The notes below the pieces were generated by a model. That model had not been told where the DNA came from. It made no database searches and worked only from the letters and a program-made list of their open reading frames with translations. A DNA stretch of 64,000 nucleotides, taken from NCBI GenBank assembly GCA_965178125.1, contig OZ237744.1:682001-746000 (forward strand), written 5' to 3'. Position 1 is the stretch's first letter; every line of letters begins with the position of its first letter. A program made the position numbers and the translations under genes. Below are positions 61,840 through 64,000 of the stretch, piece after piece. The DNA is from Bilabrum cf. latius (lineage: Eukaryota).

Positions 61840-63899
61840 TCATGTTCCCGACGGCCCGCCGGGTTTGCCTTTTCTTCGCGCTGACGACCCGCTCGCCGCC
61901 CCCTTGGCAGCAGCACCAGCGGACCCAGCCTTCTCCCCCGCAGTAGCAGCACCAGCCGCCCCCGCCGCCTTGGTAGCCGCCCCTCCTGCCGCGGCAGCAG
62001 ACGACGCAGCCTCCTCCTCAGCAGCTGCCTTGCTCGCCGCCTCCTCAGCCCCGTACACCTCCTCGGAGAAATCCTTGTACAGCTTCACGACCTTGCCCAC
62101 GCCCTTGGCCCGCCCCTCGCGGAACAAAAGAGGCGACTCCAGCGTGATGAACTGAGGAGCGTACATGAACTGGCACCTCACAATGGCCTTGTCGCCAGTG
62201 CGCAACCTCTCCAGCAGCTTCCCAGTCTTCCGGTGCCGGATGCTGAGAATGCGAGCCGACTGTGTCACCACACCGATGTGCATGATGGGCGCGTAGCCCA
62301 CCGTCAGCGTGGTCTGGTGGTGCAGGATGTGCACCTCGGCGTCGAACCCCCAGTACGCCGTGGGCTTCAGCCCGGGATCTGCCAGCGCCATGCCCCTCTT
62401 CACCCAGGGCCTGCGCTTGTCAGTGGCCCCCTTGCCCTTGATGCGGATGGCGAAGGCGGCGGACCCGCCTGCGGTGGCACGATCCACGGGAGTGTACTGC
62501 ACATGGATCGACCGCACCACCACGGGGACGAACTCGCCGCGCCGATCGGGACCGAGCAGGATCGTCTGGCCGGACTTCACGGATCCCTGCACTACGGTCC
62601 CGGCCACGACTGTGCCCACGCCCGGCACATTGAACACAGAGTCGATGATCACCATGCCAGGACCGTCCGATTTCACCATTCGCATGTGCCCGGCGAGTGG
62701 CGCCGCCGCCCCCGCAGCCCCCTCGGATCCCGCACCCGCGCCCTCTCCCTCCGCACCACTGCCCGAGCTCGCACCGGCCTTCGAAGCCTTCCCTCCTCCA
62801 GCAGCATCGGTCCCAGCTCCAGCATCCGCCGCGTCCTCAGCCGCCATGGACTTGCCCCCGCCGGCACCGTCTGCCTTCCCCTCCCCCGCCCCCACATCAA
62901 CCGAGCCGGTGCTGGCGGACGGGTCCGCAGCAGCCAACGCTGCCGCTTTGCCCCCCCCTGCCGCGACGGCCTCCTCGGCGGTATCGGTGTCGAGAGCCGC
63001 CCCTGCAACAGCCCCGGCGGTGGCCGAGACTCTGGGCTGCAGCGCACGAAGGAGCGAGCGCAGTGCATCGAGCCCCTGCCCCGTCACGTTGGACACGATG
63101 GCCACGGGTGCCAGCCTGCCCCCAAACACCCCGCTGGCTGCCTTGCCCACCTACTCCTCCTTGCGCACCAGGTAGGGCATGCGCTTCGCGGCTCGGAGGG
63201 TCTTCTGGATCTGCTGCACCGTTTTCTTGAACACGGCAGGAGGCGCGATGTCCACCTTGGTGACCACGACGATGAGGGGGATTTTGAGTGCCGCCGCGAT
63301 GCCGATGTGCTCCCTGGTCATGCGGGACACTCCCATGTTGGCCCCCACCACCACCAGGCAGTAGTCGGGCAGCATCCCGGTCAGCCCAAATATGGTTGTC
63401 TTCAGATACTTCTCGTGACCGCACAGATCGATTAGCGTGATGCGCTTGTCAGCCTTAGAGTGCACCGTCTGCCACTGCCGCGCCCGAGGTGCCTTGATGT
63501 CTACCGCAACCTGCCCTTTTCCACTAAACCCCTGCGGACATCAATCAACCAAATCAGACTAAGCAGGGACCCATTCTCTCGCTTGTCAGCCGAGTTGGCG
63601 ACGAAAAGCCGAGGTGGCAAGAAAAGTTAGCAACTCCAAACAAGCTTGAGCGCCCGATTACCGGTGCATGCAGTGCGCACTGCCAACAAACGATGAAACA
63701 GGCATTGTTCCAGCAAATCCTTACCATAACCTCGGTGGCGACCGACGATGTTCTTCCGTTCTCAGCCTCGTGTCTATGCCTGAATACCATCGACCGAGCT
63801 TTGCCGCGGCCATCGTCAAGCATATTCCTAGTTAGCACGCCAACTATGCTTGACTTTCCAGAATCTACATTCCCAATCATTGCAATCCGGATGTCAGAC
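61840..63899 (-). CDS. GTPBP1/2-family translational GTPase, 5' end probably outside the window; intron 63532-63724
   Basis: [61 protein letters not shown]. One TAG at 63151; ends TGA. Confidence 0.92.
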
Positions 63900-64000
63900 C
63901 TGCAAGGAGCACAAAGCAAAACATAGCGCAGGAACCGCTACAGCTGTCGGAACACGCCGCCGATGCGCACACATCCACGACAATTTGAGAGGATCTTAGC

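Noticed and set aside
150-63899. Widespread pseudogenisation or sequencing error as the cause of the broken ORFs
   Set aside because: The interruptions are only TAG, with no frameshifts. They affect essential genes and hit conserved Gln positions.

Overview
GC-rich, gene-dense, intron-poor eukaryotic nuclear DNA. A heterotrophic stramenopile of the bicosoecid/Cafeteria type is a guess from gene content only. The key to the window is a variant nuclear genetic code: TAG is a sense codon, almost certainly Gln, while TAA and TGA both still terminate genes. Read this way, the fragmented ORFs join into about 15 genes: GH99 endomannosidase, beta-carbonic anhydrase, P4-ATPase, two Rab escort protein copies, GCN5, a zeta-toxin-like fragment, FAM172/Arb2, ARMT1/DUF89, an MLO-EF-hand fusion, a micro-exon MAP65-like repeat protein, a class IV sirtuin, a GTPBP1/2 GTPase and hypothetical proteins. 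Positions 11.5-27.9 kb form an accessory block. It holds an intact, code-adapted Ngaro (tyrosine-recombinase) retrotransposon with identical split direct repeats. That element appears inserted into the left arm of a larger degenerate inverted-repeat-bounded element that carries a 4.7-kb 88/97-bp G-rich satellite. A 3,463-bp tandem duplication follows directly. All gene models and alignments were made by eye.
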